60,624 nt of DNA from Catajapyx aquilonaris (taxonomy: Eukaryota), in NCBI GenBank assembly GCA_000934665.2, contig KZ538583.1, positions 1 to 60,624 on the forward strand, written 5' to 3'. Below are positions 12,971 to 25,547 of this stretch, piece by piece. The position numbers and the translations under genes are program-made. Under the pieces are notes generated by a model, which saw only the letters and a list, made by a program, of their open reading frames with translations, did not search any database and was not told where the DNA came from. The first letter of the stretch is position 1; each line of letters opens with the position of its first letter.

Positions 12971-13251
12971 GGGCGACACGGTGGCGGAGTGGTTAGCGCC
13001 GCGCCGGAGCCTTCCACCTCTAAGGTCTCGAGTTCGATCCCAGGATCGGACAGAGTATGCTTATGTGGATAGAGTTTCGATGGGTTCTCTCCGTGTTCGT
13101 GTGGGTTTTCTCGGGGGTTCTCCCGTTTCCTCAGTTCCACAATCAAAATCCATCACAGCGCAGGGCCGCAGGCAATGATTAAAGTCGGTCAATTAAAAGA
13201 TGATCCCCTGAAAAGCTCAAGGAGACTTATCACGGGGTATCCATTATCTCC
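12971..13251 (+). mobile_element. tRNA-derived SINE, family D, with V-domain-like core
   Basis: A-box tggcggagtgg, B-box gagttcgatcc; core gttctctccgtgttcgtgtgggttttctcgggggttctcccgtttcctc; imperfect TSD actg(g/t)catctgtt. Confidence 0.8.
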
Positions 13252-13665
13252 ACTGTCATCTGTTGTGGCCCCACCAGGCAGGGTTCGTCGCCCTGAAGGA
13301 TATTTTTAGGTAATGCGGAGCGGAAGCGAAGCTGGGCGATTATTGTGGGTTTCGTATCCGCAACATTTACAGTACTGTCCGTCTTGTGGCGTCGGAGGCC
13401 AACGAACGTTATTGTGGCTTTGCCAACCTCCAATTCCCTGCTGATCACGCACCGCTGATAGCTTGTTTGCTTGCTCCGGAAGGTTCATGCGACGCCGCCA
13501 AATAAGTCGCAAGGATTTATTCTAAGCTAAGCTATCCGCTGAAAATCATAAAAGTTGCTAGATCCGGATCCAAGATGGCGAAATAGTTAGAAAGTGGGGC
13601 TGAAAGTAGCAGCTTATATGACAGCTTTCTGAATATTGTGAGGCTCAGATTGAATCAGTTGGCAG

Positions 13666-14048
13666 ACCTGTATTGGCGGGTAAGGAAATAGGTGGCGGTT
13701 AGGACTCTTGGCGGTAAAGGAAATTGTCGCTCAGGAGTTTAGGCGGGAAAACAGGCGACCCCATCCACTATTCTCCCCGGCCTGATGATTTAGTGCCGTG
13801 ATGAGAAGGTGGCAGCCCTCATCAGGGGCCTGTATTGGCGGGAAAGGAAATAGGTGGCGGTTAGGACTTTTGGTGGGAAGGGAAAGTGGCGGCCAGATGA
13901 ATTAGTGCCGTGACCAAAAGGTGGCAGCACTCCCTTGGCGGCCCCTTGGTGAGTGCAGTGCCACTTTTTGGTCACGGCACTAATTCACCAGGCCGCCAAG
14001 GGAGTGCTGCCACCTTTTGGTCACGGCACTAATTCATCTGGCCGCCAC
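13666..14048. repeat. compound direct plus inverted repeat (TE remnant) upstream of the first visible exon
   Basis: cctgtattggcggg.aaggaaataggtggcggttaggact occurs twice; gaattagtgccgtgaccaaaaggtggcagcactcccttggcggcc and its reverse complement. Confidence 0.75.
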
Positions 14049-14223
14049 ATCTGGAGCGTTCCGGAGTCGAAAAAATAAGCCTATTATTATAGGGGAATTC
14101 CAGGCCTTTTAAAAATCCAAACCCTCCTCCTCGTGAAGACATCACTTGGCCATTACTGGGGTGCCTAGCCGCCTCACATTTCGATGATTCTTATTCTTGT
14201 CTTTGCTTTCCTTCATTCTGCAG

Positions 14224-14301
14224 GTCCGCACGCTCTTTGTCAGTGGCCTACCCATGGACGCCAAACCCCGCGAATTGTACTTGTTGTTTCGGGCATACGA
14301 G
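14224..14301 (+). CDS. cpo: couch potato (RBPMS/MEC-8 family) coding exon, RRM1 N-terminal part
   Basis: ttcattctgcag acceptor and gtgagt donor; 78 nt, phase 0/0; translates [26 protein letters not shown], recognised as the start of the Cpo/RBPMS RRM. Confidence 0.97.
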
Positions 14302-14642
14302 GTGAGTAGACAAGTCAGCCAGCTTCAAGGGGCGATTCACTGATCTACTTGCGATAAGATTCATGCAATCTCATCATCTATTATAATATGTGATGCACCG
14401 ATGTGTTGTGAAAATTGGAGAGATCGTCGGATAAATGATTGTCAAGATTCGTCGGTCACTTTCAAGCTGCAGAATGATGCAACATGAAGGTGATGGCGGG
14501 AATTGTTCATCTTGTACTTCATGCTAACTTCGGCATAACAATTTATGATGCAGAAGTGAATCGTCTCTGCTCCAAGACTGCTTATTAACGGGAGGGCAAC
14601 TACAAAATCAACTTTTGTTTATTTCCTTTTCTCCCATTACAG

Positions 14643-14696
14643 GGGTATGAAGGCTCGCTACTGAAAGTCACCAGCAAGAACGGGAAAACAGCCTCT
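14643..14696 (+). CDS. cpo: couch potato coding exon, RRM1 middle
   Basis: pyrimidine tract + cattacag acceptor, gtaagt donor; 54 nt, phase 0/0; GYEGSLLKVTSKNGKTAS continues the RRM in frame. Confidence 0.97.
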
Positions 14697-14937
14697 GTAA
14701 GTGATGGTCATCACACGGAAGGAGGAGGACATGAGTTGTATTTTCACCATTTCCTGACTGCAGATTGCCAAATTGACCCGTTAATGACGTACCTGCCTGC
14801 CTTTAAATGGGTGGTATTGATTTGAAAACTGTTCATGTGTATAATGATACTTGTAGCTGTCCACGCTTGTCAGGAGATGTTTCCTCATGCACTGGGTAAA
14901 CCAAATTTCATATTGACTCTATTTTCATTTGTTTCAG

Positions 14938-15000
14938 CCGGTAGGGTTTGTCACCTTTAGCACACGTGCAGGCGCTGAGGCTGCCAAGCAAGATTTACAG
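14938..15000 (+). CDS. cpo: couch potato coding exon, RRM1 RNP1 and helix 2
   Basis: tttgtttcag acceptor, gtgggt donor; 63 nt, phase 0/0; PVGFVTFSTRAGAEAAKQDLQ. Confidence 0.97.
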
Positions 15001-15194
15001 GTGGGTCATGATCTACTGCAGTACTCTCAGGTGGTAGTGAGAAATGAATATATAACTTCTCCCGAACTAAGCCGCTAAATGTAGTGTCGGCTCTATGTCT
15101 ACTTACGTATATGTCAACGTGGCCTCCTGCATCACTTCTAATCGCAATATCATGTGATCTCTTCAAGGTTTGTGGGTGTATGCATAGGAGATAC

Positions 15195-16285
15195 GATGGC
15201 AAATCAATAAGTAACGCACAATAATTTTTTTGAGCCAAGTTTAATGTCAATAAAAATGTTGTAGGGGTGACAGCAAGGGAAATTTTTTGGCTATTTTTCA
15301 CCATATGAACCGTTTCTGTTGATGCATTGTCATTGGTCCCACCGTGGCACAAAGTTGAAGATGCCACGATTTTAGAGATCCGTGTTTTGCCATAAGACCT
15401 TTTTTTCAAAGGGGTAAAGAGACGAAAGTCGCTCGGCTTAAGGCCAGGCCCATGGTCAGGTCTGTATACATCTGCAGGTGGGTGCAGGTGTTCTCATACA
15501 CTTCTGTCATGTCCGTCTGAATTTGGGTGGGCGTTTTGCCATTCGCACAAAAAAATGCACAACAGCCCGTTGCTCAATAAGCAGCATGGACGAAGCTAAC
15601 GCATTCGCCATATTTGCTGGCTTGGTCTCTTTTGATGCACTAAGGAGCATGCAGATGTGTGCAGAACTGACCATGGACCTGACCACGGTCATATAAGTAA
15701 GGTCTGGTCACTCCCACCCACCCCCTGCCGACGTGTTTTGCAGAAGTTGCTCACCTGAGACCGCCATGAGACATTTCCCGGAGGTATCATGTGGCGACCC
15801 TACCGGATTAGGCTGAACTTTATAGGTACGAAAGGGGAGGGCTACATTGGGGGGCCCAACATGGCCGCCGGCGGCCATGTTGGGCCAGCATGTAGCCCTC
15901 CCCTTTCGTACCTATACTGTTCAGCCTAGTCCGGTAGGGTCGCCACTTATCCTGGCTTCCGAAATGTCTCATGGCGGTCTCAGGTGAGCACCCGCTGCAA
16001 AATGCCTCGGCAGGTGAGAACGCCAGAACGTAGTATAAGTGTCCGTGGGCTGGACCTGACCTTACGCCGAGCGACTTTCGCCTCTTTGCACCCTTGAAAA
16101 AAAGGTCTTATGGCAAAAAACGGAGATCTAAAAACGTGGAAAAAACGAGAGCCTCTGTGGGACCAATGCATCAACAGAAACGGTTCATAATGATGTTGAA
16201 AAATAGACAAAGATTGTTCCCTGCTGTCACCTATAAAACATTCTTTTTCTGGCTAAAAATATGATTGTGTTACTTATCGATGTGC
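15195..16285. mobile_element. foldback element containing a GC-rich hairpin-family copy (about 15698-16065)
   Basis: arms about 15195-15445 and 16060-16285 are inverted; inner hairpin centred on catggccgccggcggccatg. Confidence 0.8.
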
Positions 16286-16292
16286 CCTTGTA

Positions 16293-16425
16293 CAGTGGTG
16301 GAAATTAATGGATATCCACCAGTATTGCCACCTGGTCGAGCTTTTATGTACAGTACTTTACACAAAGCTGCTTCATGTAAGAAAAAGGTGGCGATACTGT
16401 GGATATCCATTAATTTCCACCACTA
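16293..16425. mobile_element. small TA-flanked MITE
   Basis: CAGTGGTGGAAATTAATGGATATCCAC TIRs. Confidence 0.8.
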
Positions 16426-16460
16426 TACATTGATAAATTAGACATGCAGTTTTTACATAT

Positions 16461-17983
16461 AGGTCATTCCACGCGAAAAGGGGCATTTTGGTGAAGAGTG
16501 AAGTTTTAAAAGGGTTTTTCTCCCTTTATAAAGTCTCATGTCAATCAAAATTTTGGTGTTTCTGTGGAATGACCCTCATGAAGAATAGACCCATTCTCTT
16601 AACCCATTTTTATGCGAGGACAAAGATGTCGGGCCAGTTAAATTTGCTTTGTCCCGTCCGTTACCGTTACCTAGATTAATTAATTACACTATGCAACAAA
16701 AATCAACTTTTTTCTGCCCATGGAAATTCAGTGCTATTTCCATGTTCCTTAGGTCACTCGTAACTAATAATGACCATTCATTTTGTCTTCGACTATTAGT
16801 TTTTGACCACGGGGCAGTCAAAAAACCAAAATCCTGAAATAGAGGGGTTTTTCCCAATCAAATAGGCATCTCGGATTTTGCTAGACAAAATCACAGCTGT
16901 ACACGCCTATGTCATAACACTGCATATCAAGTTTCACCCAAATTTCTAAATACCGTGAGGAGGGAATACATCGCGACATTTTGGAAATTATGCCTTTTTT
17001 GGATCATTTCTTCGGTTATTGGAAGTGGTCAAAACCCAATCAACATATACAGGGTGTTCCAGATTCGTGGGTCACTTTTTGATAACTACTGATATCGCCC
17101 GATAGCAATGGAATGCCACGCATGTTTTTCTGGGTGAATTTTCGAGAAAAACAAATTTCATTGGTTCATTCTCCTCGTGTTCCTCTTTCATTTGATGTAA
17201 GTTTATAATATGTTGATTGGGTTTTGACCACTTCCAATAACCGGAAAAAAAGTATCCAAAAAAGGCCCCATTTCCAAAATGTCGTTATGGTTTCCCTCTA
17301 GGTATTTCGCGATTTGGCTGAAACTTGATATGTAGTGTTATGGGATTGGTGTGTACAGCTGCGATTATTTTAAGAAACATCCGAGATGGTCTAGCAACAT
17401 TAATGCCCACTTGATTGGGAAATACTGCTACATTGGAGGATTTTGGGTTTTTGACTGCCCCGGGGTCAAAAACAAATCGAAGGCAAAATGAATGGTCATT
17501 ATTAGTTACGAGTGACCTAAGGAACATGGAAATAGCGATGAATTTCTATGGACAAATATCGTGTTGCAACGGGTTATCACTGTACCTACCAATCACATGC
17601 AACAATTTAATTTTGGAATGAACCTATTTTTTGATATGATAGTCTTCCACAACACACTGAAAAATTTATTTCTGAAATGTTCAAGAGAACAGAGTTTTGC
17701 TATTATATGTGCTACAATTCGTATGCATACAGGACAGTAAATGGACAATTGGACATGTCCAATTGTCCATTTACTGTCCTGTCAGTTACCCAACTTAATG
17801 TAATTAAATCATCGTGTTAAACCATAAATTACCAACATCTGATGTTTTATAAATCTTAACACCATGAGTATGTTGCTGTTGCAATGTTACATAACATTCA
17901 AAAACACTTTGATACCTACACAATTTATATTTGAGAAAGCAAAATCCATTAATTTTGACCCGTCCGTTACCGTGGAATGGCCC
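16461..17983. mobile_element. non-autonomous DNA element with 4-bp ATAT TSD (possibly Sola-like)
   Basis: atat|aggtcattccacg...cgtggaatggccc|atat; internal inverted arms about 16690-17048 and 17205-17555; related arm at about 32895-33290. Confidence 0.65.
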
Positions 17984-18238
17984 ATATGGTACCGGTTTAT
18001 TATTTATTGACTAATGCCCTGTTGTATGAACCCATATTTGGGGGGAATCTCATATATCAAATTATGGATCTAAAACAAACCAATAGTTATAATTATGAGC
18101 GCACATTTTTTCAAATACGTATCTCGTATCTCATGACGTCAGCAGGCATAAACACAAAATATCTTAATTTTCACCCATACTTGAGTAACATCCGAGATTT
18201 TATCTTCCCAACGTCTTTCCGTACGTCACCTTAGTACT

Positions 18239-18472
18239 TTGACTTTATAATTGATATTTAAGGAGGTTGGCCCAGCATTGCCTTTCAACCTCCAAGGATA
18301 GGGAAGGAAGGAAGCGGCTGTGGCCTATTATACGGAAGCGACCCCGGAATTATCCTAGAAAGACCGTGGAAAACCACAGAAAACCACGGTCAAGGTTGCC
18401 GGCCCCGGGATTCGAACCCAGGACCTCCCGATTAGCAGTCGGACGCCTTATCCACTATGCCAACCTGCTTCG
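18239..18472 (-). mobile_element. SINE family B, short tail
   Basis: family B head and core; 14-bp TSD gtcaccttagtact (18225-18238, 18473-18486). Confidence 0.92.
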
Positions 18473-19486
18473 GTCACCTTAGTACTGTTAGCATGTAGTT
18501 TTTTGACGCATTTGGGCGTGAATTGCAAATGTAAACCAAGACATGCGTGAAGTGGATAAGCCGTCGGATAAGGTTTATAAGGAATATCGCGAGAATTGGT
18601 TGGCAATGAAGGAGGAACGAGGCGGAACGAGGTCACTGCCAAGGCTGCTGTCGGTTCGGACCCTGATTAGACGAGTCTGACTTATCAAAGTTGGGTCATA
18701 TTGGATAGTTCCCGTGTCTTTCAGCTCACGAAATGTATGGGCTAAGATGCAGCGTTTGAGTTCTGTTCTTCAACATTTCAGCCCTTGTGAGATGCAGTTA
18801 TATTTTATACAAAGTGACCAACATTTGTTTACTCCGACCTGTATTTTACAGGCCCAAGGAAAAGATAAAGACGGTAGTACCCTCCCCTCCGGCATGAGGC
18901 TGTGCTAGTCCCGCCATTACGGTATCAAATGCACATTTACAAGGTGACTTTATTACTTGAAAGTTCAAACCTTCCCCTTCAACTGTGCAATCAAATAATT
19001 GTAAAATCTAGAGCGGAAGTAGTCGGTTTGCCAAAATCTTAAAAAGCTCTCTGCATATGGCATCATTTGGGATCCAGTGTATAAGAATCCTTTTCCGCAA
19101 AAACAACATACATGTCAAAAAATGTCACTTCTCAGGAGACATAAAAAGAAGCATTCCCTGCTCTTCAAAAGAGGACTTTCACTAATCTAAAAAAATTGTG
19201 TCTCTTATGGAAATACTGATGAGACATATAATAAACACCAATTTCCAACTGCAAGCTGTAGTAAGGCTTTAAAAAATCCTGAAGTAAATTGACATCTACT
19301 GTTCTTATGTAAAAGGTGGATTTCCACTCTTCGTTATGTTTCATTAAGAAATACCTGATTTTCATTATCTGAGAATGCGCCTATTGATTCCTACACATTA
19401 TCAATATCAATACTGTATCTGCATAATGTTTCACTTTTCATTATAATTCATAAGAAAATCAAGATTTTAATTATCAGATAATGTAC

Positions 19487-19877
19487 CAGTCCCGCTCATA
19501 AAAAATGGTACGACTCTATGGACGAAATGTTTATCCTGATTATCGAGCATTATTCCCAACCTTAATTCGACAAAACCCTATGGACAACCTTTTCTGGACC
19601 TCTGGTGACTCGTATGACCCATCCAGATTTTTAAATAAAAATTTTAATGACCAAAATGTTCATCCCGGTGCAATGCTTACGTAGATTTGATGTGGATTTC
19701 ACCCCTAAAATACTCCTACTTTGTTTTGTTTTTTTCTTAACTCTTTTTTATTTTATTTTGATTCCCCTTTCCCGGACTTCCTCGTGATCCCTAAAAACAT
19801 GCTGGTGACCTTGTGGTTGGGAACAGAATAAACATTTCGTCCATATAGAGTCGTACCATTCTTTATGAACGGTACTT
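19487..19877. mobile_element. MITE with about 48-bp TIRs
   Basis: tcataaaaaatggtacgactctatggacgaaatgtttat and its reverse complement. Confidence 0.75.
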
Positions 19878-19887
19878 TACCTATTAA

Positions 19888-20454
19888 CCCTTAACCACCA
19901 ACGTGGGGTCTTTTTGGACCCCACAATGCAGTTAATACCATCGCGATTAATAAATGTTATATGAAATGAAAAATGCCAGCCCTATAATTCCTCAGACATA
20001 CTTTCTTCGATCCAATGAAAAGCTTTGACATCAGTAGAATTTTTTTGCCGAGTTACCGGTACTTGTATGAGGCTAAGCGTCCGTGCTGGGGTCCAGATAT
20101 ACCCCACGTCGTAGCCAATGTACTTAATTTTTTAGAGAACACATCACAGCGCGTCACAGCAAATTGTATTTTATAAAGTGTGAGTGTTGTTATCCAGCAA
20201 TAAATATTACCCGCCGCAGGCCAACGAACGTTATTGTGGCTTTGCCCACCACGACGAACATGTCACGGGGGCCAATATGCCGGGGGCGAAACGGCGGGGG
20301 CGAAAAGTCCGGATCCCGATGAGAATACAGGCCCAATTCAGCAGGGAAGAATGGCTTTAGTGCTATTAAGTCAAATTTTTTTTAAATGAAAACCGCGTGG
20401 GGTCCTTAAAGACCCCACGTCGTAGCCAATGTATGGCAGATTCACGTTCACGGG
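19888..20454. mobile_element. piggyBac-type non-autonomous element
   Basis: TTAA|CCC...GGG|TTAA; repeated subterminal ggggtc..accccac(gtcgtagccaatgt) motifs. Confidence 0.75.
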
Positions 20455-20560
20455 TTAACTCCTACACATCTTCAGAGCCACGATTCTTATGATTTCATCC
20501 GTCAGCGTCAGTGGCATCCGTCACTTATGAGGATAAGGGTTTCGCGGTCAGCAAGATGTT

Positions 20561-20843
20561 TATTTATTTATCTATTTATTTTATTTTACCCCATTGGGAG
20601 AATCTGCGCTCCATTAGGGGGGTGGAGTAGGCTACCACCATTGGATTGGGCCAAGGATAGGGAAGGAAGGAAGCGGCTGTGGCCTATTATACGGATGCAA
20701 TCCCGGAATTATCCTGGGGGGACCATGGAAAACCATGGAAAACCACGGAAAACCACGTCAGGATCGCCGCCTCCGGGATTCGAACCCAGGACCTCCCGAT
20801 TAGCAGTCGGACTCCTTAACCACCACACCAACCTGATTCGGTT
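20561..20843 (-). mobile_element. SINE family B
   Basis: family B head and core, (TAAA)n tail, imperfect TSD ggtcagca(a/g)ga(t/a)gtt. Confidence 0.88.
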
Positions 20844-21387
20844 GGTCAGCAGGAAGTTGACAAAATAATAATGAACATATCCTGACCCTTCATGGCTACT
20901 CTCCCATATACCAAGTAGTAGCTGGAAATGGGGCAGTTGTAGAAGGGGCTGAGGAGGGGGGGGGGTCGCACATTTATGGAAACATGTTTAGGGGGTCGCA
21001 GTTGGTAAAAGGTTGGAAACCACTGCACCAGAGGCTTCATTTTGTCTGTCATACGAGGTGGACAGGTGCAACCTGGACTCCGGTGGCTACCCCAGTACGG
21101 GATTTTTGCCGTGAAGTAAATGATGATGATGATGATGATGATGATAATGATTATGCATTCATAGGCGCTGATTTTAAATATAAAGACAGAAATGTTTTAT
21201 CACCATCCACTCTCTTACAGTTACAAAGCTACCTTTTTTGTAGCAGTATGCTGCACTCAACAACACCTTATGCGTGTTTTAAAACAATAGAATTCCACTT
21301 ATTCAGCTTATCTACTGCTATATCCGACTATAAGGCTATCATTATCACAATAGGGGCAACACAGTAATCCATTAATTTAGTCATATT

Positions 21388-22041
21388 TAGAGAACGGATT
21401 TCTAGGTTTTTACCTACTTTTTCTTTTGTAGGCAGAACACCGGAACCAAAATATCTATCCGTTTCATAACACAAGGACCTCAAAAATCGTAGTTTTATAA
21501 AACCTAAAAATGCCTATTTCGGGTGTTGGGACCTAAATGGCCTATTAGCACCTATTAGTGCCTATTTCGACCTTTTCACGCTGTACGGTAAAATTTTCAA
21601 GGGTTCTCCAGGTTTTCCGTTCAAGGAATCCCTCCCTCTTCAACCTGTGACGAGCGAAGAAGAGGTTGATAGGTAAGATCCCGGGTAATATGCTGTTAAC
21701 AGTTATTGCGTATCGAAATAACTGTTATTAATAGCCGTTAAATAAGCTACTACATTCGGCCCGACGGCTTTTCTATCGGCCATATTGGCTCCCCGTGAGG
21801 GAAGATCTTAACTGTCGCCGAATAACTGCCGTTAACCAACGAAAATATGGAATAACTGCTAGTTCGTTACTGTGCTGCAAAATTCCATGGCCAGGAGTAG
21901 GCTGTAAATATGTGTATAAATTAAAATAAATTTGAACCTGCTTGATTTATAGTGCCTATTTAAGAGCCTATTTTGACTGTTTTAAGGGCCTAAATGCCTA
22001 CCTATTTGAGGGTTTTTTAGAACCTAGAAATCCGTTCTCTA
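21388..22041 (-). mobile_element. non-autonomous DNA element X, uninterrupted (hAT-like TAG ends)
   Basis: TIR TAGAGAACGGATTTCTAGG at both ends; no clear TSD. Confidence 0.82.
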
Positions 22042-23318
22042 GTATTGGCAAGAGCTAATAACTGAGAGCATGTGACAAGTCCTTTGCCGTGACTGCACCT
22101 CTGATGGACCAGGGAAGTGTTGAGATTAGTTTCCCTCTGGCGCGTCTAGGCCGAACCAAGAAGGGAACCTTTGTCCCTCCCAGAGGCGTGGCTTCTTCAG
22201 GGGGTCAACTCTTTCTGTTCCTCATTTATCACCTTGGGTTGGGGTGGGTGCGAAGAAAGGCCCCAGGGCTCCTGGACTTTGACCCCCCCCCCCCCNATCT
22301 TCTGTATTGACACCCAGAAAATCGGAGGCGGCGCCATTGGCGGCCACATTCTTAAGTTTTTGAGTGCTGGAGCCTCACAAGGCCTCTCTCTGGCCGTATA
22401 CTACCATCATGTTGTTCAAGCCGCTGAAAAAGAGCGAATAGTTGGCCCAGGAGTGCGATTTCTTAAATGTTACTGTGCCCCTTGACCTCCTTAAAACGAC
22501 TCTTATGAAAGGAAAAGATATTTCGAAGAGTGGGCATGTGCAAGGGGTGAAAGAAATGGTCCGTAAAATTATTGCAGTACATCTCCAAACCCTGAAACGT
22601 CCCAAACCCACAGAAACCAATTTTTTGCACAATCTGGAGCAACTATATGAGTATTTACATATCAGTTCTGTATTCAACACATATTTTGGGCGAGGTATGA
22701 CAGCATAATTATGTCTCAGCATCACACTGCATGCGCCCTGTTGTCATAACACGATAACAATAGATCAGTGAAATAATTTCATTCGTGCCAGATACAGGTC
22801 GGTCTGAACTGCAATGCTTATTGTTGCACACTGTTCTTATCCATTTTCAGGATGTGCTGACACTGCAGCATCGTCTTCACTTTCATAAGATAATCAATAA
22901 TCCAACGCATTGCCTCCAAATATTTAAAATGTGACTAGGAAAATCCTCGCTCCGCTCGCATTTTCCTAGGGCGCTGGCCTAGAAAACCGCTCGCTTCGCT
23001 CGTTCATTTCTAGGCCTGCGGCCTACAGTGCCCACCATATTTTCAATCGCTTCGGACTTATTACCAGCGATGATGCCAATCACATCCACGCCCCCCACCC
23101 TCATCCGTTCTTCTATGCATTCACATATCCGTGATTCCCTAAACCCTGCGACCAATCTGCAATCCCACCTTTGTATTGGCTGGGAAATATGCATTTGCCC
23201 ACCTCAACATACCCATACCTTTGCAATTTTTTAAAAAAACAGACAATTTATTATTGTATGAACAGAAATTCACAACCTCTACCGCCTCTACTCGCATGCA
23301 CTCGCACACATGTATCTA

Positions 23319-23324
<6 letters not shown>

Positions 23325-23381
<57 letters not shown>

Positions 23382-23653
23382 TCATACCCCGTTATCAGCC
23401 ATCGGCTCTTTAGGGGGGAAGTTTGTTTTGGCTGGAACTCTTTGCTTTCATTTTACTGTGCTCATTGGGATAGGATAGGGACGGAAGGAAGCGGCTGTGG
23501 CCTATTAATTACGGAAGCAACTCCGGAATTTCCCTGGAAGGACCGTGGGAAACCACAGAAAACCACGGTCAGAGTTGCCGGTCCCGGGATTCGAACCCAG
23601 GACCTCCCGATTAGCAGTCGGACGCCTTATCCACTATGCCAACCTGCTTCGGT
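23325..23653 (-). mobile_element. SINE family B with (ATT)n tail
   Basis: 16-bp TSD catgtatctaaataat (23309-23324, 23654-23669); near-identical to 43922-44209. Confidence 0.95.
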
Positions 23654-23765
23654 CATGTATCTAAATAATTATTATATGCACCCTTTCGGACCACGTTTTT
23701 CTAACTGCTCATAACTTCCCTTTATTATAAACAGCCAATGGAACTTGGCAGTGTCTGTATTAGAT

Positions 23766-24690
23766 CAGTGGTTCCCGACCTCGGGGTCGCGAAGCCTTCT
23801 CCGTGGGGGTCGAGGGTGGCCGCGATTATTTTTATAAATTAAAAAATAACTACAATTTAAAAAATAATATTAGATGATCAAAAACTGGTTTCATTCTCCC
23901 CGCCACTTTCTTTTGACGTTCTCGGCCTATCCCCGGGTTCAGTGTTGAATATCGCGGCTAATCCTGCTTACCAACTCTTCCCACTGGGGGATGCCAGTAC
24001 TGCCGTCAGATGTGAGAGGACCGTAACTCAATATCCACTTCCCTTTCGGCGAGAAAAGAAAGCAAGTGTTACCGAAAGCATCCAAGAGGTGGCGTTGGGG
24101 GAAGGGGGGAAAAGGAACGGCATCCCAACTCCACCTGTTGGGTGCTTTTGGTACCACTGCTTTTTTTCTCGCCGCCAGGGGAAGTGGACATTGAGTTACG
24201 GTCTTCTCATATCTGACGGCAGCAGTAAGGACCTCGTTTAAAAAACCGAAATTATTTTACTTTGTTCATAAACGTCCATGGAGTTATTGGCACCACTGAT
24301 AAACAACAGATTCCGACCTTGGCCAATGTTCGATTCGGTTTGTTTACGGCACAAGGGTATATATGGGGGTGGGGGTTATAAAGACATGTGCAGACAGGCG
24401 TCTTTGGGCCCACATTTGTCGCTGTTAGTGGTGCATGCAGGAATTTCTCTTGGGGGGGGGGGGGGTGTGCAGGGACCGCCGCTGGCGAAATTTTTTCCAG
24501 TTCATGGTCACAACCCTTCCTCACGACCCCAAATTTGGGGTCGCGACCGCAAAACGGAAAAGAACCCATAGAACAGTGCAATGTGCATGTGACAAGTTCA
24601 TTTCCAGGGACAAGACATGCCGCCCCCACCTTCTTGCCGCCCGGGGCAGGTGCCCCCGTTTTCCCCCCCCCCCCCTAGATCCGGCCCTGA
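23766..24690. mobile_element. cluster of hAT-like fragments and a hairpin
   Basis: cagtggttcccgacct..ggggtcgcg end at 23766; inverted arms about 23995-24045 and 24177-24228; ctagatccggccctg end near 24689. Confidence 0.55.
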
Positions 24691-25082
24691 TTAGTCATTA
24701 GTCATTACTTATTAACAAATTACACATTATGTGGGATTTCAAAGTGTTTGTCGTTGCTGCCATAAAAATGGCGATTACTCAAAATATGTGGGTGATAGGG
24801 AAAATCTGTTAGCATATTTGAATCTCATATTAATGTAATATAGTGTATAACAAAAAAGGTTCAGTATTTGTGTCGATCTGTATTATCAACGCGGAAAGAC
24901 TGACATAAAATAATGCTGTTTTTGCGTAAGGTGCATTTTTTCTAGATTTTCTTTCGTCCCTTTACAACTGTCCTTTTGCATTGCTATTGAATCATCAAGA
25001 GCGCATGGATTGGAACTATGAGGTGGTGGTCATAACTCATTTTTGGCATACTTATGTTGCTTTTGCAAAAATTCTAATAATT

Positions 25083-25433
25083 CTTTAAAAAATAAAATTG
25101 GGTATTAGACGTACCCCTGAGGGGTTTTCTGCCTTGACCTTTATTTTTAACGATGGGATGGTACAATTTTTGGGAATCCTATTTTTGAAGCGCCCGGGCC
25201 CACGGGCAGGATGACAGGAGAGGATGTGCAAAGTGCAGTGCAATGTCCTATCCGTGGTCGTGTTGTGAACTCCCCCGGGTGGTTTAGTCTGAGGAAATAC
25301 CACCCAAGACGAAGCCAGAGACGGCCGCTCAACTCTGCACGAGATGAATGGGGTGTCCCTGGGCTGGGATCGAACCCGGGGCCTTAACATCCGTGGGCGC
25401 ATACGTTACCGCAGCACCACTCCGCCTCCCCAT
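25083..25433 (-). mobile_element. SINE family C
   Basis: 13-bp TSD aattctaataatt (25070-25082, 25434-25446); homologous to the 5572 copy but with a different tail. Confidence 0.9.
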
Positions 25434-25547
25434 AATTCTAATAATTAGCCTACTCCATTTCAATTGGTGCTAGCGTAAGAGACTCATACGTGAAAGTTCA
25501 AAAACGCTTGGACTGGATGAACTGATCTTACGTTATAGACTGAAATA

